A stretch of DNA of 64,000 nucleotides from an uncultured Roseicyclus sp. (GCA_947500415.1 CANMRT010000001.1:210982-274981); one strand, 5' to 3'; shown: positions 9,395 through 20,111, numbered from the stretch's first letter. The notes: generated by a model not told the origin, from the letters alone. Translations and numbers: made by a program.

Positions 9395-10963
9395 CTAGTA
9401 TCCCAAAGCGATGCCGTCTTTGCGGGGGTCGCTGCCGCCTTCCAGCACGCCGTCGGGCCGGATGCGGATGGCCTGTGCGCCACCGATTGGAGCTGGAGCC
9501 TCAACGACCTTGTGCCCGATTGCGGCCAACTCCTCATGGACGTTGGCGTCATAACTGCGTTCAACCTTCAATTCTCCGGCCTCCGCAAATGCACGGGGCG
9601 CATCGATGGCGTCTTGGGGCCCAAGCCCGTAGTCCACCACGTTTGAAACGAACCGCGCGTGGCCGGTCGATTGATAGGCCCCACCCATGACGCCGAAGGG
9701 CATCAGGCTGCCATCGGCCTCGCGGAGCATTCCGGGGATGATTGTGTGCATCGGGCGCTTGCCCGGGCCAACCTCATTCGGGTGGCCCTCTTCCAGCGTG
9801 AAGCCGCCGCCACGGTTCTGGAACAACACCCCAAATTTGTCGGAGGCAAAGCCGGAACCAAACGAGTGGAAAATCGAGTAGATCAGCGACACGGCCCGAC
9901 GATCTTTATCTACGACCGTGATGTAAACGGTGTCCTTGTGGATATTGTCAGTCGCCGCGCGGGGATCAGGCATGGCGGCGTTCGGGTCGATCAACCCCGC
10001 AAGGTCTTGCGCTGTGTCTTTTGACAGCATGTGATCCAGCCGGGTTACGTGATCCGGATCGGCCAGGAACCGGTCGCGGGCGTCATAGCCGAGCTTGGTG
10101 GCTTCAGCCTCCAGGTGCGCCCGCATCGTGCCGAAGGGATCGTCTTGAGGATGCAAAGTCTCAAGCATGTTCAGGATCAACATGGCCGTGGCACCTTGGC
10201 CATTTGGCGGAAGCTCGATCAACTCTGCATCGCGGTAGGTAGACCGCAGCGGCGTGACGTAATCGCAGGCCGTTGCGGCGAAGTCCTCAAGCGTATGGCT
10301 GCCTCCCAGCGCACGGAGGGAGGCGACCATATCCTCGGCCACCTCGCCTTCGTAATAACCCGCGCGGCCTTGGGCTGCGACACGGCGGAGAACCTCGGCC
10401 TGTCCGGGGGCTGTGAACCGTGCTCCAACCGGCAAGGCAGTGTCGTTTGCCAGAAAAATGCTGCGCGCATGGCCTGAAAGGACCGATTGGCTCGCCGCAT
10501 AGTCGAATGCCACGCGTGGAGCGACTGGGATGCCCGCGTCGGCATAGTGGATTGCTGGCGCGAGGACTTGGTCCAAAGGCAGATGGCCGTGGTCTGTGTG
10601 CAGACGGCAAAAGCCGTCAACCGCGCCCGGCACGGTAACCGCCGCGACATCATAAAGAGGCATATTTGTGTGGCTGGCACGTAGGGCTGCGACGTCGAGG
10701 CCAGCGGGCGCGCGACCCGAGCCGTTCAAACCGACAATGTCGCCCCCTGGCTCGGCGACCAAGGCGAACATGTCGCCACCGATGCCGGTGCTTTGCGGTT
10801 CACAGAACCCAAGTAAGATCGCGGCCCCAATTGCTGCATCCACGGCATTGCCACCGGCTTGCAGAAGCGCGATTGCGGTCTGGGCTGCCAGCGGATGCGA
10901 CGTGGCACACAGTCCTTGGTCAGAGAAAACGGCTGATCGGCCCGGGTATTGAAAATCGCGCAT
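9395..10963 (-). CDS. Gamma-glutamyltransferase family protein
   Basis: GGNAVDAAIG, TGIGGD, HKDTVY (Thr nucleophile), KRPMHTIIP, GSDPRKDG. RBS AAGAAGGG precedes ATG 10963. Confidence 0.92.
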   Translation of the reverse strand: MRDFQYPGRSAVFSDQGLCATSHPLAAQTAIALLQAGGNAVDAAIGAAILLGFCEPQSTGIGGDMFALVAEPGGDIVGLNGSGRAPAGLDVAALRASHTNMPLYDVAAVTVPGAVDGFCRLHTDHGHLPLDQVLAPAIHYADAGIPVAPRVAFDYAASQSVLSGHARSIFLANDTALPVGARFTAPGQAEVLRRVAAQGRAGYYEGEVAEDMVASLRALGGSHTLEDFAATACDYVTPLRSTYRDAELIELPPNGQGATAMLILNMLETLHPQDDPFGTMRAHLEAEATKLGYDARDRFLADPDHVTRLDHMLSKDTAQDLAGLIDPNAAMPDPRAATDNIHKDTVYITVVDKDRRAVSLIYSIFHSFGSGFASDKFGVLFQNRGGGFTLEEGHPNEVGPGKRPMHTIIPGMLREADGSLMPFGVMGGAYQSTGHARFVSNVVDYGLGPQDAIDAPRAFAEAGELKVERSYDANVHEELAAIGHKVVEAPAPIGGAQAIRIRPDGVLEGGSDPRKDGIALGY

Positions 10964-11038
10964 GACGTGTCCCTTCTTACGAAGGGCAAACCGTAGGCGG
11001 GAAGTCAGCGAGGGCAAGAGGTAGTCGCGCCAAAGACC

Positions 11039-11188
11039 GTCGATAACAGATGAGAATTTGGGGGATTGTCGCCGCAGAGGTCCTCGACGCCACGCACTGG
11101 GTGGGGGCTTTGACACGCGACGTCGAGGGAAGCCTCTGCAGCTACGAGCCTGTTATCGACGTTCGGTGCGGCGTGCGTTGGCCCGAAC
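11039..11188. other. Nested inverted-repeat element (candidate structured RNA or palindromic element)
   Basis: Perfect stems at 11039-11049/11150-11160 (11 bp), 11074-11080/11133-11139 (7 bp) and 11082-11089/11121-11128 (8 bp), plus a flanking hairpin at 11161-11166/11183-11188. Confidence 0.55.
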
Positions 11189-11270
11189 ATGGGCAATTGT
11201 GTGTCCGAAATTCTTTAACTTTAAACAATGGCGCGCGGATTGAAGGATTGGACACGAATGGCGCGCAAAC

Positions 11271-11708
11271 TCAGCTTTCCGGCTGAGGAATCGAAAATTC
11301 CAGGTGATTCTGCCCGTTCCGGCGGCTGTAGATCAGTTGTTCGGTCATATCGCGAACCAACGCCCATCCAAATCCCCCCTCGGGGAGCTCATCGCGCTGA
11401 CTGGGGTCGAGCTCTGGCATGCCGCCGTTTGGTGGGGTGCCGTTCGGCATAGCCACGCCGTCATCGATGACCCGGCAATGAAGGCCTCCATCCTCGAACG
11501 TAATGGATAGCTGGATCGGATGGCCCGGCTCCATCCGGTAGGCGTGCTCGACAACGTTGTTGAGTATCTCACCCAGAACGATTTGAGACATGTCACTGAC
11601 GGCTGCAAATCCCGGCGCGTCTGAGATGTGATCCCTGACATCGTCCAGAACGCGGCGCACGGCCTCTGGTTCGGAGGTCAGTGTTTCATTGATATCAGCC
11701 GGTGCCAA
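11271..11708 (-). CDS. rbaW: RsbW-like anti-sigma kinase (RbaW type)
   Basis: HATPase_c_2 motifs LGEILNNVVEHAY, IDDG and LPEGGFGW. TTG start with a GGAGG RBS. Confidence 0.85.
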   Translation of the reverse strand: MAPADINETLTSEPEAVRRVLDDVRDHISDAPGFAAVSDMSQIVLGEILNNVVEHAYRMEPGHPIQLSITFEDGGLHCRVIDDGVAMPNGTPPNGGMPELDPSQRDELPEGGFGWALVRDMTEQLIYSRRNGQNHLEFSIPQPES

Positions 11709-11748
11709 TCGTGACCTCCCCCTTCTTTGGTGCAGGACGTTGATGCGA

Positions 11749-12099
11749 CTACTCGGCCGCGTGAGGGGATGCGGCGGCGGCCAGCGCATCATCAAGGGTT
11801 GGGAATATGGCGAATACTGTATTCATCCGGGTGAGTGTCATCACCTTTTCTACAGTGGGTTGCAGCCCGGCAAGTGCCATGGCGCGATCCGGCCCAAGCG
11901 CCTTATAGACCGCAACGATGGAGCCAAGACCACTGGAGTCCAGGAATTCGACCTTAGACATTTCAAGGATCACATCACCGCCCCCAGCGGTCAGGCTGCG
12001 AAAGTCCTCCTTGAATTGGATTGCGATACTGGCATCAAGCCGCGGATCCTCAACATGGACAACTTGAGCGTGGTCATGGTCACTGGACGTAAGGGGCAT
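11749..12099 (-). CDS. rbaV: STAS anti-sigma factor antagonist (RbaV/RsbV type)
   Basis: LDASIA and VEFLDSSGLG (phospho-Ser motif); cotranscribed with the RsbW-like gene. Confidence 0.88.
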   Translation of the reverse strand: MPLTSSDHDHAQVVHVEDPRLDASIAIQFKEDFRSLTAGGGDVILEMSKVEFLDSSGLGSIVAVYKALGPDRAMALAGLQPTVEKVMTLTRMNTVFAIFPTLDDALAAAASPHAAE

Positions 12100-12188
12100 G
12101 GCATGTTCTCCGGCAATACGATTTGCTAGGACCGTAGAAGCCAAGTCTTACAAATTCGTTGTCATCGCGGGATGTGCGGGAGGAATTT

Positions 12189-13361
12189 ATGGAAAACGTT
12201 GTGATTGCTGGGGCGGCGCGCACGCCGATGGGCGGGTTTCAGGGGGCATTGGCTCCGATGACGGCTGCAGATTTGGGCGGCACCGCGATCCGCGCGGCGA
12301 TGGACGGAGCAAAGGCGCAAAGGGTCGACGAGGTGTTGATGGGCTGCGTTCTCCCTGCCGGGCAAGGTCAGGCGCCCGCACGACAAGCGGGCTTTGCAGC
12401 GGGGCTGGACGACAGCGTGCCAGCAACCACCCTGAACAAGATGTGCGGGTCCGGGATGAAAGCGGCGATGATGGCCCACGATACGCTCGCGCTCGGGCAG
12501 GCCGATGTGATCGTCGCCGGTGGCATGGAATCAATGACCAACGCGCCTTACTTGCTGCCTTCCATGCGTTCCGGCGCGCGGATCGGGCACCAGAAAACCA
12601 TCGACCACATGTTCCTCGACGGGCTTGAGGACGCCTATGATAAGGGCCGCCTGATGGGCACCTTCGCCGAGGATTGTGCTGAGGCGTTCCAGTTCACTCG
12701 CGAAGCTCAGGATGCCTACGCCCTGGGCTCACTGCAGAACGCACTGACCGCCATCGAAAGTGGAGCGTTCGCAGCGGAGGTCGCGCACGTCACGGTCAAC
12801 AGTCGCAAAGGGTCCGTCGACGTCACCACCGACGAACAGCCCGGCAATGCGCGGCCCGACAAGATCCCGCAGCTCAAACCCGCCTTCCGCGAGGGGGGCA
12901 CGGTCACGGCGGCCAATTCCTCTTCCATCTCCGACGGGGCCGCCGCCCTCGTCTTGGCCCGAGCCAATGCCGCCGAAGCACAAGGCCTGACCATTCGCGC
13001 CCGCATGCTTGGTCACGCCTCCCATGCACATGCGCCTGCCCTGTTCCCAACAGCCCCCGTTCCCGCCGCGCAAAAGCTGCTCACCAAACTGGGATGGAGC
13101 GTCGATGACGTCGATCTGTGGGAGGTGAACGAGGCCTTCGCCGTCGTCCCCATGGCGTTCATGCACGAGATGAACATCCCCCGCGAAAAGGTAAACGTGA
13201 ACGGCGGCGCCTGCGCGCTTGGCCACCCGATCGGCGCGTCCGGCGCGCGGATTATGGTCACGCTTATCCACGCCCTCGAAGCGCGTAACCTCAAGCGTGG
13301 CATCGCTGCTATCTGCATTGGCGGCGGCGAAGGCACCGCAATAGCAATCGAGCGTGACTGA
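12189..13361 (+). CDS. Acetyl-CoA C-acyltransferase (thiolase)
   Basis: TLNKMCGSG, NEAFA, GHPIGASGAR, CIGGGEG. Confidence 0.95.
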   Translation: MENVVIAGAARTPMGGFQGALAPMTAADLGGTAIRAAMDGAKAQRVDEVLMGCVLPAGQGQAPARQAGFAAGLDDSVPATTLNKMCGSGMKAAMMAHDTLALGQADVIVAGGMESMTNAPYLLPSMRSGARIGHQKTIDHMFLDGLEDAYDKGRLMGTFAEDCAEAFQFTREAQDAYALGSLQNALTAIESGAFAAEVAHVTVNSRKGSVDVTTDEQPGNARPDKIPQLKPAFREGGTVTAANSSSISDGAAALVLARANAAEAQGLTIRARMLGHASHAHAPALFPTAPVPAAQKLLTKLGWSVDDVDLWEVNEAFAVVPMAFMHEMNIPREKVNVNGGACALGHPIGASGARIMVTLIHALEARNLKRGIAAICIGGGEGTAIAIERD

Positions 13362-13364
13362 CCT

Positions 13365-13388
13365 CTTCTTTGTTTCGAAAATACTCAA
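13365..13388 (-). repeat. 24-bp dispersed intergenic repeat, copy 1
   Basis: Reverse complement TTGAGTATTTTCGAAACAAAGAAG is 22/24 identical to 29835-29858. Confidence 0.7.
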
Positions 13389-13400
13389 AATGAACCCGAC

Positions 13401-13850
13401 ATGGCCGACTACGTAACGCTTGCAAAAACAATCTCATCGCTGACCGAAGGCGAAACCGACACGGTGGCCTTGATGGCCACGGTCGCCTGCGAGTTGCACC
13501 ATTCCGATGACCGTTTTGACTGGACGGGGTTCTACCGTGTGACCGCGCCAGAGTTGCTGAAGATCGGCCCCTACCAGGGCGGCCATGGCTGCCTGGTGAT
13601 CCCATTCTCGCGCGGCGTCTGTGGTGCTGCCGCGCGGACGGGGCAGGTGCAATTGGTGCCGGACGTCGATGCCTTCCCAGGCCATATCGCCTGCGCATCG
13701 TCCACACGGTCGGAGATCGTCTTGCCAGTGCGCGACGCCAGGGGTGACATCATCGCCGTTCTCGACATCGACAGCGATCAGCCGGATGCGTTCACTGAAG
13801 CGGATGCAACCGCGCTGGAAGCGATCCTGACGGACACCTTCGCGCGTTAG
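13401..13850 (+). CDS. GAF-domain free methionine-(R)-sulfoxide reductase (fRMsr/MsrC-like)
   Basis: DWTGFY, IGPYQG, GCLVIPFSRGVCG, FPGHIAC, SEIVLP, VLDIDS. Confidence 0.88.
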   Translation: MADYVTLAKTISSLTEGETDTVALMATVACELHHSDDRFDWTGFYRVTAPELLKIGPYQGGHGCLVIPFSRGVCGAAARTGQVQLVPDVDAFPGHIACASSTRSEIVLPVRDARGDIIAVLDIDSDQPDAFTEADATALEAILTDTFAR

Positions 13851-15325
13851 TCCTCGTCGCCGTTCACCACAGTCAGTTCCGGTGCGGTCAACGTGCGCGG
13901 CACGGCCTCAACCCTTGGCGCGTCTTTCAACTCGTCCGACGCTTCCTGCACCACTTGCATCGCCTCCAGCTTCCGCGCCGAGGGAAGCACGCGCGCCTCT
14001 AGCGAGCCCATCGCCTTGTTGTAGCTGTCGACGGAGCGGTTCAGCGCCGTGCCGACCTTCTGCAAATTGCCTGCAAAGGTTGCCAGCCGTCCATAAAGCT
14101 CCTTCGCCTCACGGTGGATGGTGATCGCATTTTCGGCAATCGCTTCTTGCTGCCACCCGAAGGCGATGGTGCGTAGAAGAGCGATAAGGGTGGAGGGTGT
14201 GGCGATGACCACTCGGGCCTCCATCGCCCGTTCGATCAGGCCGGGGTCCGCCTCAACTGCCGCAGACAGGAACACATCGCCTGGGATGAACATCACGACG
14301 AAATCCGGCGTGTTTTCCAGCAGGTCATGGTAGCGCTTCGAAGACAGCGCGCGCACATGTTCTGCCACTTGCCGCGCGTGGCGGGTGATGGCCAGATCCC
14401 GCGCCTCCGCCGTTTCGGCCTCTAGCGCATCGAGATAACCGTCAAGCGAGGTCTTTGCGTCGATCACCAGCGACCGACCACCGGGCATCCGCACAATCGC
14501 ATCGGGGCGTTGCAGGCCTTCATCCGTGCGGTGGCTGACCTCGGTTTCAAAGTCCACATGCTCCGACATGCCCGCCATCTCGCAGACCTGCCGCAGCTGC
14601 ATTTCGCCCCAACGGCCCCGCGTCTTAGGCGCGCGGAGGGCTTGAACAAGCTTGCGCGTCTCACCGGTCAGCGCCGATTGCCCAAGCTTCAGCTCGTCCA
14701 CCTGCGTGCGGATCGCGGAATAGGCCTCCGTGCGGGTCTTTTCCATGTCACGCAGGACCGTATCAAACGCGCCGAGCTTTTCGTTGAGCGGTTTGACCAT
14801 GCCGTCGATGGCCTTCTGCCGCGCCTCAAGCTCTGCTTTCGCGGTCTCCGAATGGGTCGCGAAACGTTCGGTCACGCGGTCGAGGAAGGCCTTGGAATTG
14901 CCCTCCAGCACTTCACCGGCAAGGTTCTTGAAGTGCGATTTCAGCGTGTCGTTCAGGCCTTGCAGCTCTTCCAGCCGCGCGGCATGGCTCGCATTGACCG
15001 TCTCAAGCCGCGCCTCTGCTTGATTGAGCGCGCCGAGCAGGCTGTCGCGTTCGTCGCGCGCATCTGACAGGGCCGTTTCGACCTCAGTCAGGCGCTCCAC
15101 GCGCGTCTCAGCGATGGCGCGCGATTGCCGCTCGGCATCAAGATCACGCGCGAGACGTTTCCGGGCCATCCCGCCACGGATCAGCGCGAGGCCGCACAGG
15201 ATCGCGATCAAGAGAACCAGCACGAGGTAAAGCGGCAAGGGGTCGACCTCGGCGCCAAAGGGGCTCGCGTCCCGCAGGCTCTGCGCGAAGCGGTCCAGCG
15301 CCGCGAAAAGGGGGGAGTTCTCCAT
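13847..15325 (-). CDS. rmuC: DNA recombination protein RmuC
   Basis: N-terminal TM plus coiled coil, RGRWGEMQL, RPDAIV, IDAK, DFVVMFIP, IATPSTL. Confidence 0.92.
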   Translation of the reverse strand: MENSPLFAALDRFAQSLRDASPFGAEVDPLPLYLVLVLLIAILCGLALIRGGMARKRLARDLDAERQSRAIAETRVERLTEVETALSDARDERDSLLGALNQAEARLETVNASHAARLEELQGLNDTLKSHFKNLAGEVLEGNSKAFLDRVTERFATHSETAKAELEARQKAIDGMVKPLNEKLGAFDTVLRDMEKTRTEAYSAIRTQVDELKLGQSALTGETRKLVQALRAPKTRGRWGEMQLRQVCEMAGMSEHVDFETEVSHRTDEGLQRPDAIVRMPGGRSLVIDAKTSLDGYLDALEAETAEARDLAITRHARQVAEHVRALSSKRYHDLLENTPDFVVMFIPGDVFLSAAVEADPGLIERAMEARVVIATPSTLIALLRTIAFGWQQEAIAENAITIHREAKELYGRLATFAGNLQKVGTALNRSVDSYNKAMGSLEARVLPSARKLEAMQVVQEASDELKDAPRVEAVPRTLTAPELTVVNGDED

Positions 15326-15328
15326 AAC

Positions 15329-17173
15329 TCAGGTCCGCCCGAATAGCCGCTCGATGTCAGCCAGCTTCAGTTCCACATAGGTTGGTCGCCCGTGGTTGCA
15401 CTGCCCGGACATCGGCGTCGCCTCCATCTCGCGCAAAAGCGCGTTCATCTCATCCGCGCGCATCTGGCGACCAGACCGGATGGAGCCGTGGCAGGCCACG
15501 CGGCTCAGCACTGCCTCCACCCGCGCCTGCAAGGTTTGGCTGTCTCCCAAATCGTCCAACTCATCCAGGATATCGCGCAACAGGGCTTCGGCATTGATCT
15601 CCCCCAGGATCGCGGGCGTCTCACGCACGGCAACCGTGCCGGGCCCGAAGGCTTCAATGGTCAGGCCAAACCGCTCCAACTCCGCCGCGTGATCCATCAG
15701 ACGGTCCGCATCACTCCCCAAGCTGATAATCTCAGGGATCAACAGCGCCTGCCGCGCCACGCCATTCTCGGCCATTTGCGTCTTGAGCCGTTCGTAGACG
15801 AGCCGTTCGTGGGCGGCATGTTGGTCCACCAACACAATACCATTCGGGGTCTGCGCAATGATGTAATTCTCATGCACCTGCGCGCGGGCGGCCCCTAGTG
15901 GACCGTCGCTTTCGATAACCGGCTCATCAACACGTGCAGACGGGGCGTTGCCCCAATCCTGCGCGGCTTCCGCAAACCCGCCCATCCGACCCTGCGCTGG
16001 GCGATCCATCTGATATACTCGCGGCGCGCCGGAGAATGTCGGCTGCGAGGAGGGGGGCTCGCCCAGAGCGCCCCGAGGAGCAGTTGAGAAGGCCTGCAAA
16101 GTCGCGTCAGCGACGGTTGAAGAGGCGCGGTGCCCGGCCTCTGCCAGCGCATGGCGTAGCCCGCTCACGATCAACCCGCGCGCAAGCCCTGGTTCGCGAA
16201 AGCGCACCTCGGATTTCGCCGGGTGCACGTTCACATCGACGCGCTCCGGCGGGCAGTCGATGAAGAGGACTGCGGCCGGATGCCGGTCGCGACTGAGCAC
16301 ATCCATATAGGCCGCGCGCAACGCGCCGATCAGCAGTCTGTCTCGAACGGGACGGCCATTCACGAACAGAAACTGCGCCACGGCGGAGCCACGCGAATAG
16401 GTGGGCAGGCCTGCATAGCCGGTTAGGCGGATGCCTTCCCGATCAGCATCAATGGCCAGAGCATTCTCGGTGAACTCACTGCCCAGAATAGTCGTCAGCC
16501 GTCCGCGCAGGGCGTCGAAGAGATCGCCGCTTTCGGGGTCTGCGCGGAAGGTCACGCGCTCTCCGTCTGTAACGTCTTTCAGGGTGAATCCTACGGCAGG
16601 CTCCGCCATCGCAAGGCGCTTCACGACATCCGAGATCGCCTGCATTTCCGCCCGGTCAGAGCGGAGGAACTTCAGCCGCGCCGGCGTGGCAAAGAAAAGG
16701 TCGCGCAACTCGACCACGGTGCCTCGATTCAAGGCCGCTGGTTTCACCGCCTCATGGGCCCCGCCTGAGACGCGAATGATGTGGCCAGCGTCCGATGCGC
16801 GGGACGTGATCGACAGCCGCCCGACGGAACCGAGGGAGGGCAGCGCCTCGCCCCGAAATCCAAAGGAATGAATGTTGAGAAGGTCGGAGCCGTCGATTTT
16901 CGACGTTGCGTGGCGCGACAGGGCCATTGGCAGATCGTCTGCCTCCATCCCCACACCATCGTCCGTGACGCGGATCAGTGTCTTGCCGCCATGGGCCACT
17001 TCGATCACCACGCGCCGCGCTTCGGCGTCGATGGCGTTCTCCACCAGTTCCTTCACGGCAGAGGCGGGCCGCTCCACCACCTCACCTGCCGCAATGCGGT
17101 TGATCGCAGCTTCATCCAGCTGACGGATCACAGGGCGCGGATTTGCGCTTATGTTGGGGTTTGGGGCGGCCAT
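15329..17173 (-). CDS. mutL: DNA mismatch repair endonuclease MutL
   Basis: [34 protein letters not shown]; C-terminal [12 protein letters not shown] and CNHGRP endonuclease motifs. Confidence 0.97.
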   Translation of the reverse strand: MAAPNPNISANPRPVIRQLDEAAINRIAAGEVVERPASAVKELVENAIDAEARRVVIEVAHGGKTLIRVTDDGVGMEADDLPMALSRHATSKIDGSDLLNIHSFGFRGEALPSLGSVGRLSITSRASDAGHIIRVSGGAHEAVKPAALNRGTVVELRDLFFATPARLKFLRSDRAEMQAISDVVKRLAMAEPAVGFTLKDVTDGERVTFRADPESGDLFDALRGRLTTILGSEFTENALAIDADREGIRLTGYAGLPTYSRGSAVAQFLFVNGRPVRDRLLIGALRAAYMDVLSRDRHPAAVLFIDCPPERVDVNVHPAKSEVRFREPGLARGLIVSGLRHALAEAGHRASSTVADATLQAFSTAPRGALGEPPSSQPTFSGAPRVYQMDRPAQGRMGGFAEAAQDWGNAPSARVDEPVIESDGPLGAARAQVHENYIIAQTPNGIVLVDQHAAHERLVYERLKTQMAENGVARQALLIPEIISLGSDADRLMDHAAELERFGLTIEAFGPGTVAVRETPAILGEINAEALLRDILDELDDLGDSQTLQARVEAVLSRVACHGSIRSGRQMRADEMNALLREMEATPMSGQCNHGRPTYVELKLADIERLFGRT

Positions 17174-17230
17174 GCCCCTAGGGATAGCATGGCCGACACT
17201 CTCTTGGAACCGATTCCCTGTGGATAGAGA

Positions 17231-18601
17231 TCAGTTCGAAGGCTCCAGCCCTTCCGGCTGACCCACCACCACGAATTGCAGCGTCTCGGGGTCGATCACC
17301 CGCTCGGCCACGCGCTGAATATCTTCCAGCGTCACAGCCATAACCTGCTCATTTCGCGTGTTGATGTAGTCGATGGGCATGTCGTCTGCCTGCATCGCGG
17401 CAAGCGTCCCGGCAATGGAACCGTTGCCACTGAACCGCAGCGGATAGGCGCCGGTCATGTAGCGTTGGGCGGCTTCAAGCTCGGCTTCCGTGATGCCGTT
17501 TGTGGCCAGGTCTTCCCATTCCGCCAACACCACATCGACGGCCTGGGCCACCAGATCATTGGACGAACTGAACGCGCCCTGATGCATCGCGATGTAATCC
17601 GAAAGGCCCGTCCACGTGCTGATGCCATAGGTTAAACCGCGTTCCTCACGAACCTCCTGGTTGAGGCGAGAGCGATAGCCGCCCGCTCCAAGCACTTGGT
17701 TCATCACGAAATATGGGAAGAAGTCAGGATCAGTGCGCGTGATCCCCTCGTTGCCGAACAGGACGGAGGATTGGGGGACCGGGAAATCAACGATCTCGAT
17801 GCCGCCGGGGGCTTCGAATTCTGCCAGCTCCGGCAGTGGAACGTCGGACGTGGGCAGATCACCAAGCAGATCGTCCAGCAACACACCAAGTTCTTCCGGC
17901 GTGATGTCCCCGGCCACGCCTACGGACACACGGTCACGGACAAGCGCACTGCGGTGGGCGGCGACGATGTCGTCACGAGTCAGCGCGGCCACCGTCTGCA
18001 CCGTTCCATCGAGGCTTGTGGCATAAGGATGATCGCCGTAGGCCAGCGCGTTAAAGGTGCGGCTGGAGATCGTGTCAGGATCAGTTTCGTCGTATTCGAT
18101 ACCTGAGATCACCTGCTGTCTCACACGGTTCAGGGCCGTCTCATCAAAGCTAGGCGCAACAATCGCGCCGCGCAGAAGTGCGAGAGCCTCATCACGGTTC
18201 TGAGTCAGGACCTGGGCGCTGACAACAACTTCATCGCGGTAGGTATCAAACCCGAAACTCGCAGCCAGTGCCTCCTGCGCCGATGCGAATTCCTGCGCAT
18301 CCAGATCGCCTGTACCTTCTTCCAGCAAAGCCATCATCAGGTTCGTAGCCCCGCGCGCGCCGGGCCGGTCGATGGAGCCGCCGCCATCAAACCACATCTC
18401 GATGGACATGAAGGGGATGGTGTTGTCCTGAACAAGCCAGGCCTCGATCCCACCGGGAGAGACGACGTGCTGGATGTCGATAATGGCCTCAACCGGCGCA
18501 ATCTCTTCCTCAGAGGCAGGCTGTGCCTGGGCATGAACGATGGCTGGCGCGGTCAGCATGGTGGCCGCAAGGAAGGCGGCAGACAGACGGGTGAAGGTCA
18601 T
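17231..18601 (-). CDS. M16 peptidase, non-catalytic subunit
   Basis: M16 fold (SRLNQEVREERGLTYG), signal peptide, no HxxEH; coupled to the catalytic partner. Confidence 0.88.
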   Translation of the reverse strand: MTFTRLSAAFLAATMLTAPAIVHAQAQPASEEEIAPVEAIIDIQHVVSPGGIEAWLVQDNTIPFMSIEMWFDGGGSIDRPGARGATNLMMALLEEGTGDLDAQEFASAQEALAASFGFDTYRDEVVVSAQVLTQNRDEALALLRGAIVAPSFDETALNRVRQQVISGIEYDETDPDTISSRTFNALAYGDHPYATSLDGTVQTVAALTRDDIVAAHRSALVRDRVSVGVAGDITPEELGVLLDDLLGDLPTSDVPLPELAEFEAPGGIEIVDFPVPQSSVLFGNEGITRTDPDFFPYFVMNQVLGAGGYRSRLNQEVREERGLTYGISTWTGLSDYIAMHQGAFSSSNDLVAQAVDVVLAEWEDLATNGITEAELEAAQRYMTGAYPLRFSGNGSIAGTLAAMQADDMPIDYINTRNEQVMAVTLEDIQRVAERVIDPETLQFVVVGQPEGLEPSN

Positions 18602-19962
18602 TGGGACACCTCCTCTTCTTCGGCTTCGGGGGCAGGGCGGGTCAGGTGGCCGATCACGGCGGGCTCTTGCGCGAAAAGGGCGCGGGCCATGTCCATCACC
18701 TCATCCGGGGTGATGGTTGCCGTCATCTCAAGCCAGTCGTTCCAATCCTGCACCGTATAGCCTGTGGTCAGCGTCGTCCCAAGGCTGCGGGCCTGACCTG
18801 AGGCGTCGTCCTGCGCGTAGATCTGGCTCGCCTGCCACTGGAACTGGATCGAGTCGAAGGCCACCTGATCGATCCCATCCTCAAGGAAGTTATCGACCAC
18901 CTGCAAAATGTCGTCTTCAGCGTCTTCCAGCGACCGACCGGGAACCGGCATGTTCAGAAGTGTGAAGGGCCGGTGATCCAGGTTCGTTGAACTGTAGTAG
19001 GCGGCTGCGAACAGAGAGAGCTCATTCTCGATCTGCAGCTCTCGCGCAAAGACGGACGTGAAATCACTGTCGCTCAGCACTGCGCGCAAAAGCTCCATCG
19101 TGGCGGCAGAGCGCAGGTCGTTGACCAGCGTGTCGTCCACGGGGAATAGCATCGACACATAGGGGTTCGCCACGCGCGGATCTTCGTAGATCACCTGCCG
19201 AAGCGCGTTTTGCGGCGGCTCGGACGGGCGCACGCGGGCCTCCTGCGACGGAATATCAGGGTTCGCGGGGATCGGACCGTAGTATTCCTCAGCGAGTGTA
19301 CGAACCTCATCCGGGGTCACATCGCCAGACACAATCACGATGGCGTTGTTGGGATGGTAGTGCAGATCATACCAGTCCTGCGCCATCTCAAGCGTTAGTT
19401 CGCTTATCTCGTGCCGCCAGCCGATGATCGGACGGCCATAGGGATGGTTGCGATAGTAGGCGGCGGACATCTGTTCGTTGAAAAGCGCGCCGGGGGAGCC
19501 ATCGGTGCGCTGCGCGCGTTCCTCAAGCACCACGGAAATCTCGGTCGTGACTTCTGCCGGCACCAGTACCAGATCGCGCATCCGGTCGGCTTCCATCTGC
19601 ATCATCAAACCCAGACGGTCGGCAGCAACGGTCTGGTGATATGCCGTGTAATCCCACGAGGTGAACGCGTTGTCTGACCCGCCATTGGCCTCCACAACTT
19701 CCGAGAATTCGCCGGGCGCCATATCATCGGTGCCGTTGAACATCAGATGTTCCAGCAAGTGCGCGATGCCGCCCTGTCCGGGCAATTCATCGGCGGCACC
19801 GGCGCGATACCAGATCATATGGGTGACAGAGGGGGAGCGGTGATCTTCCACCACGACGACCTGCAGGCCGTTGTCGAGGGTGAATTCGGTGATCTCACCT
19901 GTCGCGTTTGCGGACAGGGGGGCAGAGGCCAGCACAAGGGCAAGGCCGAGGCGTCGGAACAT
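18598..19962 (-). CDS. M16 zinc peptidase, catalytic subunit
   Basis: AHLLEHLMF (HxxEH), NAFTSWDYT, VVLEER; signal peptide. Confidence 0.92.
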   Translation of the reverse strand: MFRRLGLALVLASAPLSANATGEITEFTLDNGLQVVVVEDHRSPSVTHMIWYRAGAADELPGQGGIAHLLEHLMFNGTDDMAPGEFSEVVEANGGSDNAFTSWDYTAYHQTVAADRLGLMMQMEADRMRDLVLVPAEVTTEISVVLEERAQRTDGSPGALFNEQMSAAYYRNHPYGRPIIGWRHEISELTLEMAQDWYDLHYHPNNAIVIVSGDVTPDEVRTLAEEYYGPIPANPDIPSQEARVRPSEPPQNALRQVIYEDPRVANPYVSMLFPVDDTLVNDLRSAATMELLRAVLSDSDFTSVFARELQIENELSLFAAAYYSSTNLDHRPFTLLNMPVPGRSLEDAEDDILQVVDNFLEDGIDQVAFDSIQFQWQASQIYAQDDASGQARSLGTTLTTGYTVQDWNDWLEMTATITPDEVMDMARALFAQEPAVIGHLTRPAPEAEEEEVSQ

Positions 19963-20111
19963 TAGGGGTCTCCGGCAAAAATGCGTCTGGGGTGGAATGT
20001 ATGGGAATGCGGGGCCGCATCAACCGCCATGACGCATACGTTATGACCGGGCGGGGTGGGGTTTCCCGCCATGGCGTTCGGTTTTCAGAAAATCAGCAAG
20101 CCGTTAGCGGC

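Noticed and set aside
12100-12188. CtrA box upstream of rbaV
   Set aside because: No TTAA-N7-TTAA match with fewer than three mismatches.
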